NCBI GenBank assembly: GCA_040235515.1
Contig: JBECKX010000117.1
Span: 1-16,499, forward strand
From: Candidatus Zixiibacteriota bacterium
Lineage (GTDB): Bacteria > Zixibacteria > MSB-5A5 > CAIYYT01
Direction of reading: 5' to 3'
DNA length: 16,499 nt
Below the pieces are notes generated by a model that saw nothing but the letters and a program-made list of their open reading frames with translations, was not told where the DNA came from and did no database searches. Positions 1 through 7,792 of the stretch are shown here, piece by piece; position 1 is the stretch's first letter, and each line of letters begins with the position of its first letter. A program made the translations under genes and the position numbers.

Positions 1-175
1 CCTTACGAACTTCCTGCGCAGCGCTGCCGACGCCGAGGATGCCGAGTAGCGGGAGTCAACACGAGCCAGAGGATGAACTTCTCTTCAATGATATTGGTTG
101 CGACCGAACAGAAATTCGGAATTTGCCCGATCGGCAACATGTTGAAGCTTACCCGGTTACCGATCATCTTCTTTG

Positions 176-203
176 TTGCCAGCGACTGTTAAGCGCCTAT
201 ATT
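176..203 (+). promoter_or_regulatory. Putative sigma70 promoter of the ECF sigma gene
   Basis: TTGCCA (176-181), 16-nt spacer, TATATT (198-203); in-frame GTG at 213 about 10 nt downstream. Confidence 0.45.
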
Positions 204-212
204 TTCAACACT

Positions 213-794
213 GTGCAGACGGGCAAATCACACACCGACACCAAAAAGCGCACCGCGTCCCTGGACGACGAACTGGCTGCAGCCGATGGCTATCTCAAAG
301 GTCGGCGGGATGCCTACAAACAGGTGGATAGCTGGATCAACCAGGTAACACGTCTCTCTATCTGGCACTTTGTCGAGGAAATAGAGGATGTCAACTCAGT
401 GGTGCATCTCAAGCTCTATTCTGCGCTCACGGCCGGCAAGTTCCGCGGCGAGTCTACCTTCCGAACCTATGTCCAGCGTATAGCCCGCTACACCTGCATC
501 GACCAGGTACGCTCGCAACGCGTTAAACGGGAAGCGGATGACGATGATCTTCCAAAGCCCGCTGATAGTGACCGCCCGGATGAACTGCTCGAAAAATCGG
601 AGCGCGATCAGATTTTTGTGAAGATTTTCCGCGCCATCGGCGTCGATTGCCAGCGAATCTGGCGCATGATATTCTCTGACTCGTTGAACTACAAGGAGAT
701 AGGGGAGAAGCTCGGTATGCCGGAGGGGACCGTCAAACGCCGCGTTCATGAGTGCAAGAAAATGGCGATAGAGTTAAAAAATAAGCTGATTTAA
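213..794 (+). CDS. ECF-subfamily RNA polymerase sigma-70 factor (~193 aa; ORF track start at 39 is probably too far upstream)
   Basis: Region 2 motif EIEDV...KFRGESTFRTYVQRIARYTCIDQVR and region 4 HTH LNYKEIGEKLGMPEGTVKRRV; the first 58 codons of the 39-start ORF look non-coding and contain the promoter; followed by an anti-sigma-like gene. Confidence 0.9.
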   Translation: MQTGKSHTDTKKRTASLDDELAAADGYLKGRRDAYKQVDSWINQVTRLSIWHFVEEIEDVNSVVHLKLYSALTAGKFRGESTFRTYVQRIARYTCIDQVRSQRVKREADDDDLPKPADSDRPDELLEKSERDQIFVKIFRAIGVDCQRIWRMIFSDSLNYKEIGEKLGMPEGTVKRRVHECKKMAIELKNKLI

Positions 795-847
795 TCTGAA
801 CCATTGCTCCCCCACCGCGACAGTAACGGTGGAAGGAGAATTATGAG

Positions 848-1729
848 ATGACTGACAACGGTGAGATTCGCAATAAAATCCCGATGCTCGTGCAGGGGAA
901 ACTCTCTTCTGAAGAGGAAACTGAACTCCGCAGAGTGATCTCTGATTCGGAAGAGCTGCAGGAAGAATTCGAGTTCTGGCAGGGAATCTACCGTGTCCGC
1001 CGCGAATTGCCGCAACATGATCATAGCGACAAGGTCGCTCCCGAGATTATCGACGCCTACGCGCGCGGCGATCTCAATCCCCTCTCCGCCGAATACTCCG
1101 AATTACAGGCAAAACTTCAGGATAATAAAGAGCTGGCCGAAGACGTAGAGCTACTGCGCCAGGCACTGCGATACCTCCCGGAGGAACCTGTCGAGGTTAC
1201 CTCCGCGGAGGTAGGCAATCTCTGGCAAAGAATCTTCAACGTGAAAGTCTTTAACCGACTCGTCGTGCCGATAGCTACCATTCTCGTGATAGTGTTCGGA
1301 CTCACCCTGATACTCTCAGGCCCCGGCAATGAGCCGCTTTCCGCCAGGGTGATGTTGAAGATGCAAAATGAGAAGCGATCCGTTTCCGAGGCAGGCAAAC
1401 TCCCTGAGTTACCTGTGCTGCTGCGCCAGGGTACGAAGGAAGTCGTCTTTTCGTTCCCCACCGATCGAGTGGAAGTACCAGGCTTCAGCTACGACATCTC
1501 GCTGCAGCCGCGCGGTGGGTCATCTTATAAACTGGCAGACTCAAGTGTCGAGTGTACCGAGCAAACACTCGTCAATCAGTGCGAGTTGCGAGTGGATGAT
1601 CCACAAATCCTGACATCACTGAAACAGGGCGGCAGCTTCATCCTTGAAGTCAAAGAGGAATTCCCCACGAACGTCGCACTCGTGCCCGCCGAGTATGAGT
1701 ACTACTTCCGAGTTGAAATTGTAGATTGA
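848..1729 (+). CDS. Putative transmembrane anti-sigma factor
   Basis: SD AAGGAG (833-838); N-terminal zf-HC2-like helical modules (IPMLVQGKLSSEEETELRRVI; IIDAYARGDL) without Zn-binding Cys; one TM helix (LVVPIATILVIVFGLTLIL); beta-rich C-terminal domain with a Cys pair; directly downstream of the ECF sigma. Confidence 0.75.
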   Translation: MTDNGEIRNKIPMLVQGKLSSEEETELRRVISDSEELQEEFEFWQGIYRVRRELPQHDHSDKVAPEIIDAYARGDLNPLSAEYSELQAKLQDNKELAEDVELLRQALRYLPEEPVEVTSAEVGNLWQRIFNVKVFNRLVVPIATILVIVFGLTLILSGPGNEPLSARVMLKMQNEKRSVSEAGKLPELPVLLRQGTKEVVFSFPTDRVEVPGFSYDISLQPRGGSSYKLADSSVECTEQTLVNQCELRVDDPQILTSLKQGGSFILEVKEEFPTNVALVPAEYEYYFRVEIVD

Positions 1730-1738
1730 TCTTGTCCC

Positions 1739-1771
1739 GGTCGGCTGCTTCCCCCCCCTCGCGCAGCGACC
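1739..1771. terminator. Possible hairpin between convergent genes
   Basis: GGTCG(G)CTGC / GCAGCGACC 9-bp stem with one bulge and a C8-containing loop in the 43-nt convergent gap; no clear U-tract. Confidence 0.25.
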
Positions 1772-1772
1772 T

Positions 1773-3859
1773 TCAGTACCTCAAACTCTGCTTTACCGCT
1801 TTCTCGATATCTAGGGTGATATACTCAGGCTGATTATCCTGATGGCGTCGCTTCGCCGAGTTGATCAGGAGGTACTTGATTCGGTCATGCGATAACGATC
1901 CGTCCGCGTCTGCTTCAACCATCAGTGCGATCGCTCCTGCTACCCTGGGCGCCGCAAAGCTGGTTCCCTCCTCACGGGCATACCCCTCATCTTCCGAGAG
2001 CAGTTTGTGTGAGTTCGCCTTCAGGATCGCCGGATCAGTGTCTTGAGAAACAGCGACCCTTACCCACGCGCCCTCGGCGTAGATCTCCGGCTTCTGCACT
2101 CCGGCCTTGGAAGGACCCATACTCGAGAAGTGCGAGATCTTTCCTTCATCGTGGCACTTGCTGAAGTCGATGATATATCCATCCAGAGTGACCCAGGAAG
2201 TGATGCCGTTATCCACGGATCCCACCGTAATCACGCCCGGAACATTTCCTCCGGAGCGAATCTTGAACTCGTTGGTGGCATCCCTGGCATCGATCGCTTT
2301 GGTCAAAGATTGTGGCTCGAGGTAAGTGACATAAGCGTGCCACACCCCCTTCTCACCGATCATTTCGACGGTCCAGTTACCGGGTGAGAGCGGCTTGAGA
2401 TCGTACACGAAGCTCATACTGCTGTCGGGGTCGCGCAACACCATCTTGATCGCACCCCACTTCGGCATATTGCGCCTGTTATTGGAAATCGTGATGTACC
2501 CATCCGGCCCCAGCACTCTGAACAGCCTGTCATCGGGCGACACGGGACCATACACATGGCCGGTCGGCGAAGTCAGCTTGATCTGGTAGCCGAAGTCAAC
2601 CGGGTACCAGATTTCCATAATCGCCAGGTCATCATGCAACTCGTTTTCGGTCGTGGAAATCTCCAGTTGAAACGAATCGGTGCCCGACTTGTGGACATGC
2701 ATGCGGTTGTTTTCCTCGCGACACGGGTTGTCCGGATCGTAGTTCTCGTTACCTGCAGCTGCCACGATTCCTTTCAACAGACCGCCACCAAGGGCTTCAC
2801 CCAGTTCGAAGTTAAGCACGCGTGCCAGGGTCCCTGTCTCGCCATCCTTCGCTCCCCCTTTTGGTAGATAGCAGAGGCAGAGGATGTATGGCTGCTGCCG
2901 GGCTATCGCCTGCTTCTTGATGAAGTCGATACCATCGGCAATCAGCATCTCATCGAAATTGAAATAGTCAGCCTTCACGACAATCAGGTCGACATCGGGT
3001 GAGACCCCACAGTCATTTCCAGCCACAACCGACGCAACCATCGTCCCATGACCATCGATATCTCGCGAGCCACAGAAGTCGCGGTTGATTTGTTCTCCGT
3101 AGTAAACCGATCCCTGCACCGAACCATCATCGAAGACATAGTTGTTGCGTGTCGTGTCGGTCTGGTCCCAGAGCGCGACAACTTTGGTTGCGCCGTTGCG
3201 TCGAAACTCCGGATGGTCGAAATCGATTCCGGTATCGATGATGCCAACGATGGGTCGTTTGCCGTCCGAACTGACGAGCAGGGGAGTGGCTACAGCCGAA
3301 AGAGATTCAGCTACTTTTTTTTTGAGGGGAAAATCGTCGCTGCGGACGTTGTGGAAGAGAGCGACGTGCGCGCCGAGTAGGCGGAAGGCGTAATCGGCTC
3401 GATTCGCTCCACGGCAGCAAGTTCGTCAATCACCGGCAGATTCTGAACCGGTACCACACCGGTAATCAGCGAGCCAAATCGAGTGATGCGACGAACGCCT
3501 TCCGATGAGAGTTCAGCCACGGTCGACTCGGCATCACCTGCGTTTACAGTGATCGCCACCTTTACCCAGATCGTATCGCCACGCTCGCTGAATTGAATCG
3601 TCTTGCGGAAATGATCAACGATATCAAAATTCTCGGCTGCTGCTCCGTTGGTGCGTGCCTCGCTGCTCGCTGCCACCGGCGCGCTACAGCTCTCCAGGTA
3701 GGCGGAATAGAAATCACCCAGCTCGGCACAAGCCTTCTTCAGGTCGGCATTCACATGCCCACTCTCCGCAACCGCGAAGGAAGAAGATAGCAGCAGGATT
3801 GCTGCGAGCAGCCGCAGCAGCTTGCCACAATTTTGGATTGGGTAGAGTCTCGCCTTCAT
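1773..3859 (-). pseudogene. Secreted S8 subtilase (CspA-like, with inserted domain), frameshifted by a single missing base near 3395-3397 (pseudogene or sequencing indel); ~695 aa if repaired
   Basis: 5' ORF 3311-3859 encodes signal peptide (LLRLLAAILLLSSSFAVA) plus propeptide. The frame of ORF 1773-3119 is open up to 3425 and carries the full triad: IVGIIDTGIDFDHPEF (Asp 3234-3236), DGHGTMVAS (His 3048-3050), EGTSFAAPRVAG (Ser 1959-1961), plus oxyanion AAAGNE. Adding one base gives VERIEPDYAFRLLG. Confidence 0.85.
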
Positions 3860-3870
3860 AGTTCCACAAG

Positions 3871-3899
3871 AAAGTACGATAGCTGCAAGCGGGAGTCAA
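3871..3899 (-). promoter_or_regulatory. Putative sigma70 promoter of the subtilase gene
   Basis: Minus strand TTGACT (3899-3894), 17-nt spacer, TACTTT (3876-3871), 11 nt before ATG 3859. Confidence 0.55.
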
Positions 3900-3914
3900 T
3901 GCCCCGGAGAACTA

Positions 3915-3944
3915 TTAACGAAATTTTAACGAATTCTGAACAAA
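3915..3944. repeat. Three 8-nt direct repeats with 11-bp period; candidate transcription-factor site
   Basis: TTAACGAA at 3915 and 3926, TGAACAAA at 3937; upstream of the subtilase -35. Confidence 0.5.
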
Positions 3945-3960
3945 CCCTGACGCGCTGAGT

Positions 3961-6900
3961 CTACCGCGGGGCTTTGATCAGCACAAAAGGAGCCCAGTAA
4001 TAGGGGTGCCGGTGCCGCACGCGCGGCGACTTGATCAACTCAATCTGCGCACGTTGCAGTGCCCGCGCCGGTCCAAGATCGAGGTTGCTGTAGAATGATC
4101 GCATCAGGACCGATGATGTGAAATCCTCCACCTCCCAGTGAGAGACCAGTACCTCCGATGCCCCCCTGCCGAGGAATTCCTGCACGAAGCCCACCAGACC
4201 CTCGCTCAATTCGTAGCTGCCGCCACCCGATTCGCACGCCGAGAGCACAACCAGCTTGGTTCGCAGTTTCGAGTTTCCGAACAGATCCCTGGGGGAAACG
4301 CTCCTTGCATGCCGCCGATCCTCGCTCACGAACCAGATCGCTGAGTTCTCCGGCTCCGAGTAGTCGATCGTGGTGTGAGTAGCCAGGTGAAGGATATCCG
4401 CCTCGGCGGGTTTCAGCTTTGCGACGGCGGAAAGCGTTGCAACCGAATCGACCAGCATCGCCACTGTGTCATTCGAACGCACTTCAGAGATCCACTCAAT
4501 CTCTTGTGGGGCATTCTTCAGCCGGGTAAGATCATCTCCCGCTTCCGCGATTCCCACTGCGACTATTCTTAATGGAGGCGCGTAACTTGCCGCTCCACCG
4601 CCGAAATCGAAGTTCTTCCCGAGGGCGGGAACCGTTGTGATCGCCACCACCTCCACCAGATATTCACCGCCAAGTCGCAGCGATGCACACGGTATCAGCG
4701 AAAGACCCCCGTCCGGTGAAACGAACAGGGACGATTTTTCTTTAAGCTTACCGGCGATCCCACCAAGAACAAGTTTGCCAAGCTTATCTCCGGCGGCAGG
4801 CAGCGAATCGAGCTTCGCCTCGTCAGAAATCGACTCTTGAATCAGACGGGAGTATTCGGAAACCGCCGTCGTGATCCCTTCCCGCGCAGGGATCAAATCA
4901 ACTGCATAGTCTGAGTTGCTGACGAACAGTCGAATACTGCCATCCTGCGTGAGCAGGAAATAGAGCAGCGCGGCGTCGCCGGGGAGTTGCCGCATCAGGT
5001 CGCGCAGCGAAGGAACTTCATTGTCGGTCCCGTGCATATCGGTTGCATCCGCGCCACGCAGATCGCGCAGCCCCCGCGCCTTGCACAACTCGGAATATAC
5101 CAGCATCGAATCGAGCATGCGCTCATCGCCCGACTGTTGAAACAGTCTCAGCTGGGTGATTGCCATCTTCTCATAGAGGAAGCGCGACTGACTTAGAAAA
5201 GAAATCCGCAGATCAAGGTCCTTCAGACTGGCCTGCGATTGCTCGATATCGGCGATGAGCTGCGCCAACGTCGCCGCGGCCCTCTTCCATAACTTGCGGT
5301 CGAACTGCCAGAGCGCCCGAAGCAGGCTCAACCTGCGAGCATTTGCGGCTGAATTACAGCGCATCGTGGCTTGCTCCGCCTCACCCAGAGCCTCAAAGGC
5401 GGCATCGAGCCGACTGCTGCGACGACAAATCTCCGCTTTCAAACAGGTAAGATCGAATTGATCCTGGCAATCGCCCTCCGCCCTCGACAACGCTCCTTCG
5501 AGCAATGCCAGTGCGGAGTCGGTTTCTCCGATGGCAGCAAGATAGCGACAACGAGCAGAGACCAGCTCAATCCCCTCACTGCCATCAAGTTCATCCGTAA
5601 GGATTGAACTGACCTGCTGCAAGTAAAGTCTGGCTGAGGCTGTATCGCGGGCGGAGAGATAGAGGTCAAACAGATTAGTGGAGAGGGTGGCATCACCACC
5701 CAATTCGGGCGCAAGCCTCATTACCGCCTGGGCAGAATCATAGAGTTCGCGCGCCTGGTCGAAGCGCCCCAACCGCTGATTGAGTGATCCCAGGTTATTC
5801 AGGGCAACCGCCATCCCATACTTGTTGTCCCTGGTCTCGGACAGCTCCAGGGCTTTCTCATAGTGCTCCCGGGATACTCCGAAATCTGAAAGCTCCGTAC
5901 TGCAATTGCCGGCCAGGTTATGAAGTGCCGCCTCCAGCGTTTGATCTGTCTGGTCCAGCATTAGCGCAGCCTCGACTAGCACCATCGCACTGTCGTAGTC
6001 GCCCAATCGTTCAAACAGTACTGCTTTGCCATACAGGTAGCGTGCATTGGTGAGGGGTGACACCTTTGTCGGCAGGAGCAATTCTACCTCCGCCACTCTC
6101 TCGGAGATCTGCTCGGTCGATTGGAGATCAGCGAAAGAGGAGACTAAGTTCAGCGTGGCATCAAGCGCCTCCGTGGAGTCACCCACCAGGTTGAAGCGTC
6201 GCAACGCCTCCACCGTAAAGCGGAACGCTTCCCGCCGCTGTCCGACAGCCTGGTAGACGGCCCCGATGTTCTTGAGGCAACTGGCTACCCCCGCCGTGTC
6301 ATAGAGAATTGTCCTGATAACCCGCGCGGAATCGAAACTCTCTCCGGCACGCAAGTAGTCCCCCTGACGCAGGCTCAAACCGCCGAGCAAACTGAAGCTG
6401 CGCGCCAGCGCATCTTGATCGCCATAGAGTCTGCTCAACGCAATCGAACGTTGCAGCGTCGAATCGGCACCAGCGGACCTTCCTGAAATCGCCTGCAAAT
6501 AAGCGGATTGCTGGAGCGTGATGATGGCACTGAGGGTATCCCCCATCTCAAGGAACTTGTGGATTGAAGACTCGTAGCTGTCGAGTCTCAGCTGAGCACT
6601 CGTTTCCCCTGATCCTGCTGCGCTCGATTGCAGTTGCGTTTTCAGAGCCAGCCGGTCATCGACATGCATCGAACGCATTCTCTCGTACTGCAGGACAAGT
6701 TTCACGAAATAGCCATTGCCGTAAACCTGGGCAACAGTGTTTGCCTGCTGCGCCAGCGTGTCCAGTAACGCGCCGTTGCCCGAATCGAAGTAGCTTTCCA
6801 GGCGCTGATGAAAGTAGCGGTACTGCTTGGAAGGACTCAGCCGAAGGATCTGTTCCGAAATTATATCGGACGTTTGCGCTCTTGTTATCGTACAATCTAA

Positions 6901-6996
6901 AAACGATAGTAGCAGAGTAAGCAAAGCCAGGCACGTGAGAAGCTGTTTGGTCGCGCCGGTTGGCGCGCTGTCTGTAAGATTGGCGAGTTTTGGCAT
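3961..6996 (-). CDS. TPR-repeat CHAT-domain (caspase HetF associated with TPRs) protease with N-terminal signal/TM segment (~1011 aa; TTG at 7008 is an alternative start)
   Basis: TPR-like repeats (ASCLKNIGAVYQAVGQRREA; AVALNNLGSLNQRLGRFDQA); CHAT motifs SPDGGLSLIP, DILHLATH (His 4375-4377), LVVLSACESG (Cys 4234-4236), SHWEVED, ALQRAQ, HPYYWAPFVL; hydrophobic LLTCLALLTLLLSFL near the N terminus. Confidence 0.92.
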   Translation of the reverse strand: MPKLANLTDSAPTGATKQLLTCLALLTLLLSFLDCTITRAQTSDIISEQILRLSPSKQYRYFHQRLESYFDSGNGALLDTLAQQANTVAQVYGNGYFVKLVLQYERMRSMHVDDRLALKTQLQSSAAGSGETSAQLRLDSYESSIHKFLEMGDTLSAIITLQQSAYLQAISGRSAGADSTLQRSIALSRLYGDQDALARSFSLLGGLSLRQGDYLRAGESFDSARVIRTILYDTAGVASCLKNIGAVYQAVGQRREAFRFTVEALRRFNLVGDSTEALDATLNLVSSFADLQSTEQISERVAEVELLLPTKVSPLTNARYLYGKAVLFERLGDYDSAMVLVEAALMLDQTDQTLEAALHNLAGNCSTELSDFGVSREHYEKALELSETRDNKYGMAVALNNLGSLNQRLGRFDQARELYDSAQAVMRLAPELGGDATLSTNLFDLYLSARDTASARLYLQQVSSILTDELDGSEGIELVSARCRYLAAIGETDSALALLEGALSRAEGDCQDQFDLTCLKAEICRRSSRLDAAFEALGEAEQATMRCNSAANARRLSLLRALWQFDRKLWKRAAATLAQLIADIEQSQASLKDLDLRISFLSQSRFLYEKMAITQLRLFQQSGDERMLDSMLVYSELCKARGLRDLRGADATDMHGTDNEVPSLRDLMRQLPGDAALLYFLLTQDGSIRLFVSNSDYAVDLIPAREGITTAVSEYSRLIQESISDEAKLDSLPAAGDKLGKLVLGGIAGKLKEKSSLFVSPDGGLSLIPCASLRLGGEYLVEVVAITTVPALGKNFDFGGGAASYAPPLRIVAVGIAEAGDDLTRLKNAPQEIEWISEVRSNDTVAMLVDSVATLSAVAKLKPAEADILHLATHTTIDYSEPENSAIWFVSEDRRHARSVSPRDLFGNSKLRTKLVVLSACESGGGSYELSEGLVGFVQEFLGRGASEVLVSHWEVEDFTSSVLMRSFYSNLDLGPARALQRAQIELIKSPRVRHRHPYYWAPFVLIKAPR

Positions 6997-7007
6997 CCTG
7001 ATCTCCA

Positions 7008-7036
7008 AACTTATACGAGGCAGCGCCCAATGACAA
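7008..7036 (-). promoter_or_regulatory. Putative sigma70 promoter of the TPR-CHAT gene
   Basis: Minus strand TTGTCA (7036-7031), 17-nt spacer, TAAGTT (7013-7008), 11 nt before ATG 6996. Confidence 0.45.
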
Positions 7037-7237
7037 CCCCAATCGAGGCGGATTGGCGCGCGCGGCTGTCTCGATTCAGGAGCAGAGGCAGCGGAGATCG
7101 ATTTTTACACGAAGATTGCTAAAAAACGGCTTTAAATTGGCTTCTTTCCTCCATATATTGGCGTGTCTGTTGTCCCGGCTTTCGTGGTGGGGGCAGTTTA
7201 GCATTGAATCTCTTTCTCATAGTTGGGAGTATTGGAT

Positions 7238-7792
7238 ATGGTCGCGAATAACGCCAAGACTGTCACCGGGAGCTATGCGCTTATATCAATCGGCGATCAC
7301 GAGAAGAGGCTGGCTGCCATCGAGAAACTTTGTCCCCTCGAAGAAGTGATCCGCTGTGATGCCGTCGACGGCGACTACAGCCTGGTCTTGTTGATGCATG
7401 GCGCAGCTTCGGAGGTGATCGAAGGTTTCGTCGATTCCAGAGTTCGTCCGATCGATGGAGTGGAAAACGTCGACATCTGTGAAGTCGAACTGGTGATTGA
7501 GCATGAAGCGGCTAGTTGTCATTCCGAAGACGCCGAAGGTAACGCCTCGGTAGCTGAGAGCTATGCATTCGTCGAGGTAGACAAAGATTCATTCGAGCAT
7601 GTTTTCCAGAAGATCGAGTCACTGGAGGCCGTGGTTTCTTCCGAGGTCGCCCGTGGGGCATACTCGCTGGTAGTGCGCCTCCAGGGTGATGATTTTAACC
7701 AACTTGACCGCTTGATTGACAACAAGTTACGGCCGCTCGACGGTGTCCTGCGGGTTCGCCAGAGCAGGATCATCAAGAAGTCGGAGATGTAA
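7238..7792 (+). CDS. Stand-alone tandem Lrp/AsnC ligand-binding (RAM) domain protein, no HTH (~184 aa)
   Basis: SD GGGAG (7225-7229) before ATG 7238; two homologous repeats SYALI...LEEVIRCDAVDGDYSLVL...VRPIDGV and SYAFV...LEAVVSSEVARGAYSLVV...LRPLDGV matching the AsnC C-terminal pattern. Confidence 0.8.
   Translation: MVANNAKTVTGSYALISIGDHEKRLAAIEKLCPLEEVIRCDAVDGDYSLVLLMHGAASEVIEGFVDSRVRPIDGVENVDICEVELVIEHEAASCHSEDAEGNASVAESYAFVEVDKDSFEHVFQKIESLEAVVSSEVARGAYSLVVRLQGDDFNQLDRLIDNKLRPLDGVLRVRQSRIIKKSEM

Noticed and set aside
1..140. Possible divergent minus-strand gene start (KFILWLVL in one frame, LPLLGILGVGSAAQEVRK in another, together signal-peptide-like)
   Set aside because: Requires an unproven frameshift near 55-60, has no clear start or SD, and runs off the window edge
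39..212. N-terminal extension of the ECF sigma in the ORF track
   Set aside because: No SD, not sigma-like, and contains the likely promoter
1773..3119. Stand-alone 448-aa protease starting at GTG 3119
   Set aside because: Lacks the catalytic Asp, which lies in frame upstream; it is part of the frameshifted gene
3937..3963. Plus-strand ECF-like promoter GAAC-N17-GTCT pointing antisense into the CHAT gene
   Set aside because: Short motif, no sense gene downstream, and better explained as part of the 11-bp repeats
213..6996. Type III-E CRISPR (Craspase) locus
   Set aside because: No cas7-11, csx30/csx31-like genes or repeat-spacer array seen, and the CHAT protein appears exported
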